The notes under the pieces are model-generated. The model was given only the letters and a program-made list of their open reading frames with translations, was not told where the DNA came from and did no database searches. Shown here one piece after another: positions 28,601 to 42,100 of a DNA stretch of 64,000 bases; positions within the stretch are counted from its first letter, which is position 1; each line of letters starts with the position of its first letter. Made by a program: the position numbers and the translations under genes. Origin of the DNA: Ptychomitrium polyphyllum (Eukaryota); NCBI GenBank assembly GCA_973851085.1, contig OZ316776.1, positions 15,190,001-15,254,000 on the forward strand. The letters run 5' to 3'.

Positions 28601-28958
28601 CATGGATTCAAGCATGGAAGCTGTTGGATGTTGTGTGATTGACAATGCAGTAGAAAGTGTACTTCACAGCTCAAGAATCACCAACAGTTCTCTCAGGTAA
28701 ATAGTATAGTGACGCGATTAGATCTAGACATAAGCACAGCCAGATTTCAACGATGACAGTTTGCAATCTCTTGTCCTCCTCGAGCACTATTCTTGGCGAT
28801 ACTGCAAAGCTCATAGGGCAGCGCACATTTGCATGTAGGACGACCCTGATGTGGGACTGCAGCTGGATTGAGAAATGCAGGGTCGACGAAAACGGAGTTC
28901 AACTTAAGTAGCAGCTTGAGTAATCCGTGTTGAAACGGATACTGGGAACCCACCAGAA

Positions 28959-31429
28959 TCATTCAGGGCCTTGCGCAAGGACGTCGTAATTGCTGGGTCC
29001 ACGATCCGTCACTGCTCCTCTAAGTTCCACCGACAGATCCTGTTCAGTTTCATTCTTGCGCTGCCGCTTTTGAATCAAGCGGACCACGGGGTACACAACT
29101 CTCTCGTCAACTTCCTTCTCCGATGCAGTGGCTTTCGAAGCAGTACTTGACGTTCCCTCTTTTCTGTGGCGTCGAGTATACACTGCCAAAGGAGAGGTGC
29201 TGCCGACAGGGGACTTGGCAGACACATCCTCGACTATCACCAAAAACCTTTGATCGGTTTGGGCCTCTACTGAGGCAGGCAGTGGTTCAGTCGAAGTCCT
29301 TGCGTATTCATCCTCCGGTTCGCTTTGGACGGAATCGCTCGACAGATAGATAGAATCGTGGAGCACAGGGCGTCTGAAATGGCCTGACGTTAGTAGCTCC
29401 GGCGACTTGATATCTGGTTTTTCTTTTTCATCAAGCAGTTCTTTCTCAGTTAAGGCACGGATATTGCTAGACAAAGCAACATTCCGCTGCCGTTTAGAAA
29501 ACTGGCCGTTTTGGACCATCTTGTGAAGAGCCTGCGCCAATCTGGGACTCGTTAGAATATTTTCATCCGTAGAGAGGTCTCTTTTCATTGCAAAACCATG
29601 CGTCAGCTCCTTATTCAGAACCGGCAAGTGCCCATGATCGGTAACAGGAAAACTGAACGGAGGGTCTCCGCGCGGCCTCTTGACGACGACGTTGTACGCA
29701 ACATTCCATCCACCTCGTTTTCCAGGCTTTAAAGGCACTTTTCCGACACTGAAAATGTGGACAAGGATGACGCAGTCCTTCGAGTCGAGGACCTCGAATA
29801 CACAGGCATCGCTCTCTTCCAGTTGATAGTCACGGGAAAATACAGACCAACCACCATTAACCTCTGAGTGATGGCTGGAGACAACCCATTTGGCAGGCCT
29901 CCGATAGCCGATAGTATCTTGGGGTACGATATGGACCCTGGTGGATGACATGTGCTGTCTTGAGAACTCCAGTGGAATGCCCTGCGGCAAATCCATTCAC
30001 ATCAATATCAGCAATTCTGAACATTATGCTTAAAACTCAAAGCTGCTTCCGATTAAGAATTAGAAGACAGGAGTGGAGACCAGTATATCAAATTACCAGC
30101 CAGAATCCGCGGTAAACATGAGAAGGTTTCATCAACACAGAGATGCTAGGACGGACGGTTACAAGGTCTTCAGAAGCTGTCCCTGCCCCCAGGCGCTCGC
30201 CAACCCTGACAAGACGTCTTCGTGATTCCCGTACCATATAGTTCCATCCAGGGTCCAAAGGCTCGCCTTGCTGATTGTAGGGATGTACTTTCCTGTGAGG
30301 TTTGGGAAGTCTTGCCTTGCCATTATTGCACCTGCGGCTGTTAGGCTCCCCGGTCTGGTAACTATGCGATTTCAGTAATTCTTGAATGGATGGCCCATAC
30401 CCGCCATGCTCTTCCCCGGAGTCCATTGCTCTGAACCCTTTGTGGATGCTGTGATAGTACTTATCGGTTCCTGAGTAAGTACCACTCGCTGTACCGATGA
30501 TTTCATCACTCTCGTCTTCCAATTTCAAATGCACACCCTTTGGTTGTGACTCTCGTGTGGATCTTGAGTCGCGTTTCGTGTAACTGGAGTTAATAGGGTT
30601 TGTGGACTTGCCAGGCACGTCAAACTCCAATCCAGTCCTATTGAAGACACGAACTCTGAAGTGATTCTCGGATACCATGGTGAAAAGAAGAGAAACTCCC
30701 GCCTTCAAATTGTTGTCGGCAGCGAACACCTGCCATCCAAATCGGAAGCCTGTCACACCGCTTGCGTTTGTGTCCACAGTCACAAGCCACACCTTACCAT
30801 TCGCGCCCTCTAAGTCTACGGTGCGTCCGCGCAAGTTCTTCCCGTGCACGTCCATGAATGCCTTCGGAATTGACTGCCAGCAAGCAACATTCAGCTGTTT
30901 AAATACAATGCAAGTGTGAACATTTTCATTGTGTATCTCAGGGGTTGCCACCTCCGATAGAAACAAGTAGAGCTGAGATATATTAAATTAATGAAGGATT
31001 GTGCAGGAAATGAGAATTGTGTGGCAGGATTTCACTGTTGGATAATTGGCCTTCAAACTACACACGAAGAATAATCTCACTCAAATGATCTACTCCTGAA
31101 ACCAATCTATATTGGTAGTCCGACCCTGGGTAGCAATCTTTAAACTCTGTTGAGAGAGTACGAAACCATGGCAAAATGAGATTTTGAGCTTGAAAAGGAC
31201 ATAGAAGAACATGTAGAGTTAAATGCTCTGAATGTAAACATACCATGTTGCTTCTTAAATTATGCTCCAGAGCTATTTTAAGAAAACATGGATGCCTCTG
31301 AGCTGACGTGCAATAGCCCAATACTTCTGCTGCAGTTTGAGAACGATGTTCTCTGCGGCAGTTCTCTGCGCATTGTACACAAGCCCCTAGATTGCCAGCA
31401 GCCTGATTGTTTGTGGTCGCAGAATCCAT
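28959..31429 (-). CDS. B3-domain (REM-like) DNA-binding protein with two B3 domains; exons ~31429-31244, 30873-30097, 29981-28959. An in-frame extension continues to 28899 past the TGA.
   Basis: B3-1: PCFLKIAL..M|SIPKAFM..VDLEGANGKVWLV..FRFGWQVFAADNNLKAGVSLLFTMVSENHFRVRVFN. B3-2: VLMKPSHVYRGFWL|GIPLEFS..GGWSVFSRDYQLEESDACVFEV. N-terminal CxxCxxxCxxxH motif. Phase-0 GT-AG introns. Confidence 0.9.
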
Positions 31430-32698
31430 GATGTGCTCAAAAACTACCTAATTTTTGTTTGGATAAGTTATGATTTCACACACGCAACTGATTAAAATAA
31501 GAGCGGATATCTCTTAGAGCTTCATCACCCCGCTCGATCTCTGCATGAATATGAACATCGAGATCAGAATCTTCACAACTTCAGCCTCTCAGTCGCGAAA
31601 CAAAACTTTCCCCTTTTGTCATGTTTTCGTAATTTCCCTCAACAAAACCCTGTTCAGAAATGAAAAGTTCGAAAACATACTGATGTAGACAGGCACTGTA
31701 AGCTTGACCAGCATGAGCACATCTCTAAGTTGTAACAGTGTCCACACAACAGTTTGTACGTTTAGAAAGAACCTTTTTTTCCCTCATCTATTGCATATCC
31801 CCGACATGAATCTTTGAGGGGTGTGAAATCAGAACATGCACCAGTACTCTCACCTAGTTAAATCCTTCAATGTGATGAGCGAGGACGATCAACTTTGAAG
31901 AAGGAGAAGAGATCTACTGCTTACCTTGGATTTAGATTGATCTAGAACTGCTTCCACAGAGTCTGAAACAACTAATCACTCTAGGATCCTTCAATCAGTT
32001 CCCAAGAGACTACGCCCTAGTCGTAGATGTTTGCTTGACCATATAAAATGACTACCTCAGAACTAGCAAAAAGGTATACATGAGGAGCAATTCGTAAAAG
32101 CAAGTCAAAAAGGCTCTTACCGCAGGCTGTCCTAAAGTATAGCAGTTCGGGCAGAAAACTCAAATCTCACGACTCAAATATCCTAACTACTCACACGCAA
32201 CAGTCCTGAACATCCTCTATCCCGAAAACAAAGCTCTGTTGTGTGATTCAGCTAGATCTCCGCCGTATAGTCTGAGTTCACAAACCTCCAGAGCTACTCA
32301 GCAACTCAACTCAAACTGGAAAATTTCATCCACGATCTTGTAGCTCACAACGAAGAGGATGTACTGACAGTTTATAATTAGCCTCAAAGGTTGCATTAAC
32401 TTACTTGAAAGTGTAATTCTTAAGATGCAGCCGAACTCCGGAGGTCGAGGTGCAGGGAGTCTAGGCTGCTTGATCAGAGGTGATGGTATGCATACACATG
32501 ATGAGCGTCAGGATGAGGAACCATTAATATCTGTGAGGAAGTGGCGGCCGTGACTTGATCGGTACTTACGTGCATGGTAATTACAGATTCAATTCTACAA
32601 CACGTGAAAATAACCCCTGCAGTGGTAGAACTTACGAAGGTATTGCCGGTTGACACCAAACTACATACTGTAATCCAATATGCTAGTTTCACTACACA

Positions 32699-32803
32699 CC
32701 ATTACAGGATGGGCCTCAGCCATTACAAGATGAGACTAGGCCATTACAAGATGAGACTAGGCCATTACAGGACAAGTTTAGGCCATTATAGGAAGAGTCT
32801 AAA
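32699..32803. repeat. 21-bp tandem repeat, 5 units (consensus ~CCATTACAAGATGAGACTAGG)
   Basis: Units start at 32699, 32720, 32741, 32762 and 32783. Units 2 and 3 are identical and the outer units are degenerate. Confidence 0.92.
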
Positions 32804-35800
32804 TCAATGAGCTTCCAACACTGACAACAATATGGCGTAGTAATTACTATAAATTTTATTAAATAGTGTTGAGAACAATTCATAGAGTCTATCACAATGT
32901 TCTTAATGAATTTTCTTAATCCCAAGTGTCATTCGGTTATTCTAATCGGTTGATGAACGCATCACATATTTATACTCAATAAAATCTTGGTGGCTATGTT
33001 AAGTTAATTTTTAAAATGTGACAAAGACTTTGTATTTAGATCAATTCGATGGATCATTCTCAATCAAACAATAGTAAAGTTCATTGCTTGATAATAGGCT
33101 TGTTGTAAATTCAAAGTTATAGGCAATATACTTTAAAATTCCATTTAGCTTTGTTTTTTGTTTTAGGTTATTAAAAAACTTCAGAATTATTCATTATTAT
33201 AACCACACATTTGTTATTTTATAGATTTCATAATTGTAGAATAGGTAACAATTAAATGTCAAAAGTTAAAAACTAAAGTCTAAGGAGATTATGACTCTTA
33301 GAGAATTTGGCCCTTGATATCAAATTATTAAAGAAGAAGTTCATTTTTTTTGGAAACTTGTAATTCAACCAATGTCCAAGAGCTAATTGCACAGTGGTTA
33401 ACCTCTTCTAAAGAATAATTTGCAAAAACATTCAATACTTACAAATATAAGTTGGCAAAATAGTAAATACAATGGTTTCTTATGAAACATAAGAACTTTG
33501 TGTATGAGCCAATTGAAGAGTTGGAAGTGGAAAATGACTGCTTAAGAGGCTAAAAGTCAAGGGTTTTCTTAGAACAAACTGTCAATTTAGGGAGTAGTAT
33601 TAATCTTGTGTTGTTAAAAAAATTGAAGGCTTATCTTAAAGCGTATAATAATATCATGAATTGTGGGCAAATTAACAATGCCATGCATTGTTTGTTGTGG
33701 CTATAGCAGGCATCATTTTTAATAAACATCTATATGAAAAATATAAAGATAGTTTTGCGATACAAGAAATGATATTATATAAAAAAATCTTATTTGATAA
33801 TATTTTAAATATTACTAGGTGATAATGATTTTATTTTTGGTAGTCTAAATGATTAAGATTAAAATTAATAGTGGCCTTAGAAATAGCAGTTGATTTAATT
33901 CTTTAAAAAAAATCATTTGATCTTAGTAAACATTCATTCACATTGTTTTGTTATTTATTATATACATATATATTAGATCTTAGAGTTTGAATGGTCAAAT
34001 TTGATATTATATATTATGGATTTTACAAATTGATTTACTAAGATTACAAATTTAAAACAATTTTAAATATTTGAGGTCTAGATATTAGTAGATTTAGAAA
34101 AAATAAATTTGAAATTTGGCACTTTAATTTTGAGTTTGTTTTAATGATATCTAAATTCAATCTATTATGCTAAAGCTTCCAAATTAAGTCCAATATCTTC
34201 TTTTAAAAACCAAAAATGAAATGGTTTATACTTACACCTTAATTATTTCAATTGCTTAGGTTGCACAAATCCAAAAAAAATCTTACAAATTAAAACATAT
34301 AACAAATAAAGATACAAATGCGCTTCATAAAAAGAAAGAAATTTTATAAAAATATTATAATTTAGGGATACTAATTTATATCACTAATTACTATTTAGTG
34401 GCATTCATTCTAATTTACTACATTCTTTTAATTAATCTTAAGTTGTAAAATAATTGATATTTATATTTAGAGCTTTAATATTGTTAGCTTAAAAAAATTT
34501 GGAAGTAAATATAGTACTTAAAAATAAGCATTTAGAATTAGAATCCAATTTCACATTATAGCAATAATAAGTAAGCAGCTCATATTTATTTAATACCATT
34601 ATTGATGCAATTTGTATGTCACATTGTATTAAAGTATAAGAAAAGTAAAGAAATCTATGTATTAGGTTCTATTTATGAAATGAAAAAAATTCAATTTTCA
34701 CTTCCAAATACATGTGATATTAGGTAGCAACATCAATAATTTATAATGGATCTATAAAACTAATATTGGTACTTCTAATATAAAAAGTTAGTTGACTATT
34801 CTAAATCTTAAAAACAAGATTATAAATGGATAAGCAAAGATTTATTTAAAACAATAATTTTAGTGTTTTTTTTGTTTTGGACTTCTTTTTATCATTATAT
34901 GTAAAAGGTACATTATAAATATAATATAAATTATTAATGCATATTTTCACCACAAATGTAGCCAAATCATTTTCATAACCATTTTAAAAATCATAGCCTA
35001 TTATTAAAGAATTGTGATTTGCCAATGAGTTTGTTTCCAATGTAAAATCAACCATTAATTTTAAATTGGTTATTATACTTTTAACATAGTTTTGCACGCC
35101 AAAGTACTATTAGAGCATAATCCTTGATTTTATCAAAAATATATGAAATCTAAAGTTTATAAACTAAGCAAGTATTAATGGTTAAATTATAATGAAGACA
35201 AAAAGCATGATCACAATTGAATATAAAATAGACAACACAATAAGAAATTATAATGGACATGCATATCTTAAATATGATCTTGATTCTTGATCCAAAAATA
35301 AGCTTGGAAATAATTACTATAATTATTTTTATTTCATTAAACAATCTAAATTGGAATTTGATTTAATGACCATAAAAATTACAAACTATCTAAAGAAGAT
35401 TATTAGCATGGAAATAATAACACCTTAAACAGACATATGCTTTATATTTTTTTGAACATAAATTATAGATGGGAGATGAAATTTGAAATTAAAGATAAAC
35501 AAATTAGCAATTTCAATACAAATGAGCTTTATTAATTCTTCATTTGTAGCCATTCATGCTTTGTAGTTGATTACAAATAATGACTATTCATATAGACTTT
35601 GGATGACTTACATAGATCTTAGATGAAAAAGAAAAATTGGAATTAAAAAAAAAAAAAAAAAACAAACAGACTGTCAATTGTAAAGGCACATCTAAGGATG
35701 TAAGGAAATCCAATTAAGCAATTAAAGGCAACATATTATAAGAGGCAAACATTCTTGATGTTGTGTCTAATTTGTATTTCATATGGTTGGTATGTAAACA

Positions 35801-36849
35801 TGTAATACATAATGGATCTTAAATGTATTATCAATAAAATATGGCAATGTGGCATGTTTATCAACACTCCAATTTGTACACTAGAAGGTGGCTAGAAGAT
35901 ACTTCCAATTGGATGTATGTCAATATCACAAAAGATGTGATGTATGTTTTAAAATTCAAAAAACTTATTGCTATTGTATCTTTTTAAGGTGTAGCCATCA
36001 CTTGATCAATGTTCTATTTTATTTAAATATTTCTCTTTAAATCATGTATTAAAACTTTAAAGTATTAAAGAGCAACCATTATGGTTTTACTAGCAATAAA
36101 GGATATGTTAATTGCATATGATACACCAAAACCACTATGTATTTGCAAGCCTATGTATTTACAAGATGCTTCACTAATATTAACTCTTTGTATTTTATGT
36201 GGTACCTTTGATTAATTCAACCTTATAAAATAACTAGAAAACCTTTAAAAACAAATACAGTTGAGTCTACTTAAATATTAGGCTTGTAGAGTGGAAAAAA
36301 GATAACATTTAAAGAGGTATAATATATATTTAGTAAAATTGGTCACTTTTTTAAAAATCATAGTTATATAGATAACATTAATCAAGGGTGAAGGTTGCAA
36401 AAAAATAACAATTATTATTATTGAGAGGTACATATGGATTAATACAACAATTCAATTTTATCTACATTAGTAATTATACTAATGAAAAAGACCTATTAAT
36501 ATTAATATAATGTATGCCCTAAATTGGATTATTAGCTAAATTCTTTTCACCAAATTTCACCTTGGAACTTAGTTGATCAATTGTCATGGAATGTTTGTTC
36601 AAGATAGGTGTGAACAAGCTAAAATGCACAGTTATATTTGAAAATTCAACTTGTGTAGGAGGTTGCATCAAATTTGTCACTACATCTTTTTTATTTTAAG
36701 CTGCATTGTTCACTTGTACCATATATAAAATCTCTTCATTAATTGGGATATAAAGTATATTCAAGTCAAATTTTTATTCATAGAAAATATACTCATGAGC
36801 TTCTATTATTGAAGGCGCTTTTTCAAAAATAATTTTTTGTAATGACAAG

Positions 36850-37548
36850 CATTTGTACATACTGTAAATATCATCAAAGACAATGTGGTACAACATCAAA
36901 AAAAGTGGTATATATATTGTAAACACATCAAAGATAAGGAATACTGTACATTGTGGTACAATAGAAAAGAACTGGTACATATTATAAACACCAATCAAAG
37001 ACATTGTGGTACAACAAAAAAGGAGTTGTACATATTGTAGACACCATTAAAGACAGTGTGGTACAACAAAGAGGCAATGGTATATACTGTTGACACCATC
37101 AAAGATAAGGAATCATGTACACTATGGTACAACAAAGAGGCAATGGTATATATTGTTGACACCATCAAAGATAAGGAATCCTGTACACTATGGTACAACA
37201 AAGAGGCAATGGTATATATTATTGACACCATCAAAGATAAGGAATCCTGTACACTATGGTACAACAAAGAGGCAATGGTATATACTGTTGACACCATCAA
37301 AGATAAGGAATCCTGTACACTATGGTACAACAAAGAGGCAATGGTATATATTGTTGACACCATCAAAGATAAGGAATCCTGTACACTATGGTATAACAAA
37401 GAGGCAATGGTATATACTGTTCACACCATCAAAGATAAGGAATCCTGTATACTATGGTACAACAGAGAGGCAATGGTATATACTGTTTATACCATCAAAG
37501 ACAAGGAATATTATATAGTGTGGTACAACAAAGAGGGAGTGGTACAAT
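36850..37548. repeat. 66-bp minisatellite: 7 near-perfect units at 37059-37520, flanked by degenerate or shorter (~51-bp) units
   Basis: Unit TGGTACAACAAAGAGGCAATGGTATATACTGTTGACACCATCAAAGATAAGGAATCCTGTACACTA recurs at 37059, 37125, 37191, 37257, 37323, 37389 and 37455, with a partial unit at 37521. Confidence 0.97.
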
Positions 37549-40286
37549 AAAGAGAGACTATTGATAGTTCCTTAGTGTAACTTATACTTGCAAAAGGATG
37601 TTACATAGAAATTCTAGATCCTAACCCTAAATTTACTTATTCATGTAATTACACATATAAATGATTATATATACATAATACATATTAATAGAAACATCAT
37701 ATATTAGTTAAGAAACCAAAAAGGATATTAATCTAAAGTGGATTTTCAAAAGAGAGCATAGATTCCCTTAAATTATCTAACTTTTTTGAGAGCGCCAAAA
37801 AAATAACAATTAGGGCATTATAACGTGTAAACAGGAAAACATGTAACAAGCGCTGACTGTACTGTGGACGGCACCAATTCGAAATCCCACTGCATTTAAT
37901 CACGCATAAAAAATTGTGATCTTAGAGTACCATCTCTAGAGTTGAACTTGTATGAGACCAGGCTTTCAGGCAAGCAAATGAATTCATTGCCTGTGGGTCC
38001 ACTTACTGATGCAGTTCTATCATCCTTGTGGTGTAATGTTCGTGGCGCCTGAAGCATACCTTTGCAGACAGGCAATGGTAAAAAAATTGTACTCCAGACG
38101 TTTTACGTCCAGTAAATAAGGTGAAACCACGAACTGGTGGCCTGAAGTCGTATTAGTGAAGTTCCCTTGTACTCTAGCCAGTAAGTTTGCTTCTCTCAAG
38201 CAACCATTACTTTATGTGAGAACTAATTTAAGTCAACTTGTGCAGGACGCGCTGTGGATGGGAGAAGTGTTTCACTGCTCAAGTTACTCCATGAACTCCA
38301 GGGGTAAAAAAATCCTCTGGGGAATGTGAATTATACATGGTGGCAGTCAAACCCCCTTATTATAACTACATGCTGCATTTTATATCTTCAAACTTTTAAG
38401 GTTGTAAAACTCCCCTTAAAACTCCCCTTTTAATATGGTTGCTATTCTTGATGTTGCAATACTTTGAAATCACGATTGTATTGTGAGTAAGTCATCATAA
38501 TGGAAACATGTTATTACAGAAAAAGACAATTATAAACGAGAATTTTTTTTATCATTGTATAAACATGTAGGGAATAGATTGTGAAATAATGTCATTGGAA
38601 TGCTTGTCATTAATTGTGTCATTTTGCAAGTCCAAATCTAAACCTTGTCATGAGTTTAAATTGGGTTGAGAATGTTATGGATAGGCACAATTGATTCTTG
38701 TCCATAAAATGGACCATCTTTAACATCAACACTATTACTTCAATTATAGCATGTATAATTGTGAAAGCTAAGGTACTTGCATCAATACCAAATCTATAAT
38801 CTTGTCCATGCTATCATCTTCATTCATACCAACTTAAAAATTTGTTGTTTATAAGGTGCTTGCCATTGTGCATCATTTGTTTCTTGCTTCAAAGCCAGCT
38901 TCAATACTTGCTAATATTTCACTATTAAAAAGAATTGGTTTTTTTCTAATGAATTCTAACACAAAATCTTTTCTTTTACAATTTTGATGTATTATATTTG
39001 TCAAGGTTGCATGCAGTTGCAAATAGTTCTATGAAATTAGACATTGTTAGACCTAATTCAATTCTAATGAGCCTTATCAGCAGACTACAACACCTTTATT
39101 ATTTGAATTCTTGGAGATTGCATTTGTTATCACCATGATATTAAAGCTATCAACCTTGTAAGAATTAAATGCACAAGTTTTAAAAAAGAAATAAATCAAA
39201 TTGTTAGGAATATTTTTATAAATGTCAACATTATAAAAATAATCTGGTATGAGTGAGCAATGATTATGATTAATGGCATTCTTTCCAAAGAACAAAATTT
39301 GAATATATACCTTGATTTTCAAAAATAACTTCATACATATTCTAATCTTTAATCTTGTGGGATTTAAAAATTGTAACAAAGCGCTTTGGAAATTAAATTA
39401 CTTCATAATAATGAAGTCAAATTTTTTAAGTTTCACCCTACTAATTTGACATTGTCAATACTTCACTAAATTAGCTCATGAAAAGTTTCCCAAAGTTGTG
39501 TTGGTTTATAATCAAATTCAAGATTTATACAATTTAAGAGGCCATCAACGGAAGCCATTTGCTTGGTATTCTTTACAAACTTGACCATACATTTTCTTTG
39601 GAAATCACAATATCATTGATGTTAAGTATTTCAAATTTGAAGTCATTTGTATGTTTAATTCATAAATTTTAACTTCTACATTTGTTAGCTTATTTTTATA
39701 TGTTTTCAAATTATTCATAATTTTTTTATAATTTTATAATTTTCATTTGTAATTGTTTTTCTACATTTTAAGTCAAGAATGGATAATTTTAGGTTTAGAA
39801 GAATACCATATGGCTACCAATACATAAAGTAATTTTGAAAAGCCATAATCCAATTATTATTTGAACTTCATTCTTAAAATTTACAAACTAATTTTTTATT
39901 TGAACTTGAAAAAATGACTAGACAACATAAGAGTTTATGTTAAGTATTATGGAATAGAAACTGATTTCATGTGTAATACCTAAGACTTCCTAAAATTCTT
40001 TAAGGAGTGGACTTTAAACCTTGGAATTGGAATCTAAGATATCAATTCTTGAGCAATTTGGATTTAATATGCTAAAAGATAGCAAGAGAAGAGCATAATT
40101 TGATACTTGGAACGACACAATCAATGTGCTTGTTACAAGCATTATGTTTTATATACATTAAAAAATGATCAAGAAGGAGGTTAAATGTTTGCTATACAAT
40201 AGAGTTGTTTTTGACTATATCGCTTAAAAAAGTCATTGAAATGTTTCAATATAAAAAGTGCTGTAAAATTCCACCAAAAAGAGCAA

Positions 40287-40332
40287 GAGCATGAGCATGA
40301 GCATGAGCATGAGCATGAGCATGAGCATGAGC
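40287..40332. repeat. (GAGCAT)7 hexanucleotide microsatellite
   Basis: Directly visible at the AT-rich to GC-rich transition. Confidence 0.97.
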
Positions 40333-42004
40333 TCCTGCTGCAAACCAGAGGCAATGCAGGACGGAACCAATGGAAGCCAACTGACCACCTGGACATCACA
40401 AAGATATTCCCCAATCCTCACTAGAATCAGGATTTGGTTTCCGAGAGAAGTATGGCGGACAGACTTAGTCAACCCTCCCGCCTATCCACCCGGGGCAGCG
40501 CGGGCAGGAAATAATCCAAATCACCCCAATCAGCCATCTCTTGGTGGGCCCCGCCATATTACCCGCAGCGCAGTAAGATAGTCGCCCTGCACTGAACGCG
40601 GAACCGGAATTTCGTCTGATGTCAACAATCAACGTGACCCTGGCTCTCACTGAGTGCACCTAACCGGGGCCTTGATCGAATGATTGAATGGTAGTGAATT
40701 AACCACTCGTTAATGGGAACCAATGGCCACCAGACCACGGCCCCCCCCCTTGGTTTTATCCATTCGCCCGAATCCCCCCGGCAGTAAAAACGCCACGATG
40801 GTGATTGCGTCAAATACCCGCGTGAAAAATACGACTCTCCCCAATCCCAGGCCCAGGCCCCCGGCCCCCGCTCTCGGCCCCGCCCTGCCCCGCCCGCGCC
40901 CAAGTTCTAAAAGCAAGCAAAGCGGAGCACAACACGCTACATCCCCCGCCCGCCCGCGCACTCGGTCTCCCGTCCTCCCGTCCTTTGTGTTCTACTCTTC
41001 GCGCCCCGGCTCCCCCTTCCTCAACCCACACTCTTCTCCCTTTCTTTCAAATGACTCACACCCCCAAAACCGCCACTCTACCCTACAGCGACCGCTAATC
41101 TATTACGATTTGACAGCTCATTTCCTGAATCATGCGGGATTTGTAGAAAATAATGGTTTCTGGATGCATCATGGTCCCGGTTCCCCGTCTCAAAAGGCCG
41201 CCACCCAGAAGTCCTCATCATCTACCTGTGGCGTCCGTTTTAGGCGAAATATTACAAAAGTCATAGATAAAGTGGAAGTCTGATGCCGTGACGGCAGGCC
41301 GGGCCCGGGCGGGCCGGGGTTGGGAGTGGGTGCGCCATTGCTTGGGCGGGTGGGCTTGCGTGCAGGGAGAGCGGGGGCGCAGGGATCCCTTTGGAGCAGC
41401 GATGGCGAAGCCTGCAATCATCGTGGCTGATCTCCATCGCAGCGCAGCGGAGGCCATCGCGCCGGGGATGAGTTCATGAGCGTCGTGCGTGTGAGAGAGT
41501 GTTGCCTGGAGACGAGGTCCTGTTGCAGTGGGGTATAGCCGAGCCATGGCTTCTATTAGACTGAGTCACCTCTGTCTTCGGTGCCTGAGATTCCCTTGTT
41601 GATGTAATTTTAGGAGGGTTGGTTCGGTTGGGTTGGGTTCGGTGCCGGTGCGGTTTTGCTTTCGTTGTCGAGTGGTTGTGGTTGTGGTTGTGGTGTGGTG
41701 ACGTTTGTGGAAGTTAGGTGTCGATGTTGTTGTTGTTGTTGTTGTTTGGAGAATGTTCAGAGCGAGGTTTTCCCTGAGAGGTGAGAGGAGCAGGTGTTAG
41801 AGAGAAGCGGGATTGGTTCTGGTGTTTGAGGGCGCGTTCCTGGCGGTGGTGGCGGAGGGAGCGGCAGAGAGGAGGAGCGGAGCGAGCAGATGCTGGAGCA
41901 TCGGATGAGCATGTCAGAGACGAATTCGTGGCAGGTTTGCGCCAGTTTTGCATGGTGGATGCGTGCTTTTTGGTTGAAAGTTGGTGGTGGACGTTGTCGG
42001 AGGG

Positions 42005-42100
42005 GGTGTCGGAGAGGTGGGGTCGTCGGCGTCGGCGTCGGCGTCGGCGTCGTCGTCGTCGTCGTCGTCGGAGGTGGGGTCGTCGGAGGTGGGGTCGTCA
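42005..42100. repeat. Compound (GTCGGC)n/(GTC)n and GTCGGAGGTGGGGTC repeats in the MEI2-like upstream region
   Basis: Directly visible. Further simple repeats lie nearby: (GTT)n at ~41726-41746 and GA-rich at ~42655-42685. Confidence 0.85.

Noticed and set aside
28959..28961. Selenocysteine reading of the in-frame TGA in the B3 gene
   Set aside because: Land plants are not known to use Sec, I see no SECIS element, and the context is not a redox motif.
33000..36800. Degenerate transposase or Helitron remnants in AT-rich DNA (e.g. MHCLLWL at ~33683-33703)
   Set aside because: Only an isolated short motif, with no termini or ORF to support a family call.
36850..37548. CRISPR-like regular array
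   Set aside because: The units are contiguous with no unique spacers, there are no cas genes, and the context is eukaryotic. It is a minisatellite.
38290..40200. Possible decayed DNA-transposon coding remnant on the minus strand
   Set aside because: No convincing catalytic motif, TIR pair or TSD could be identified by eye.
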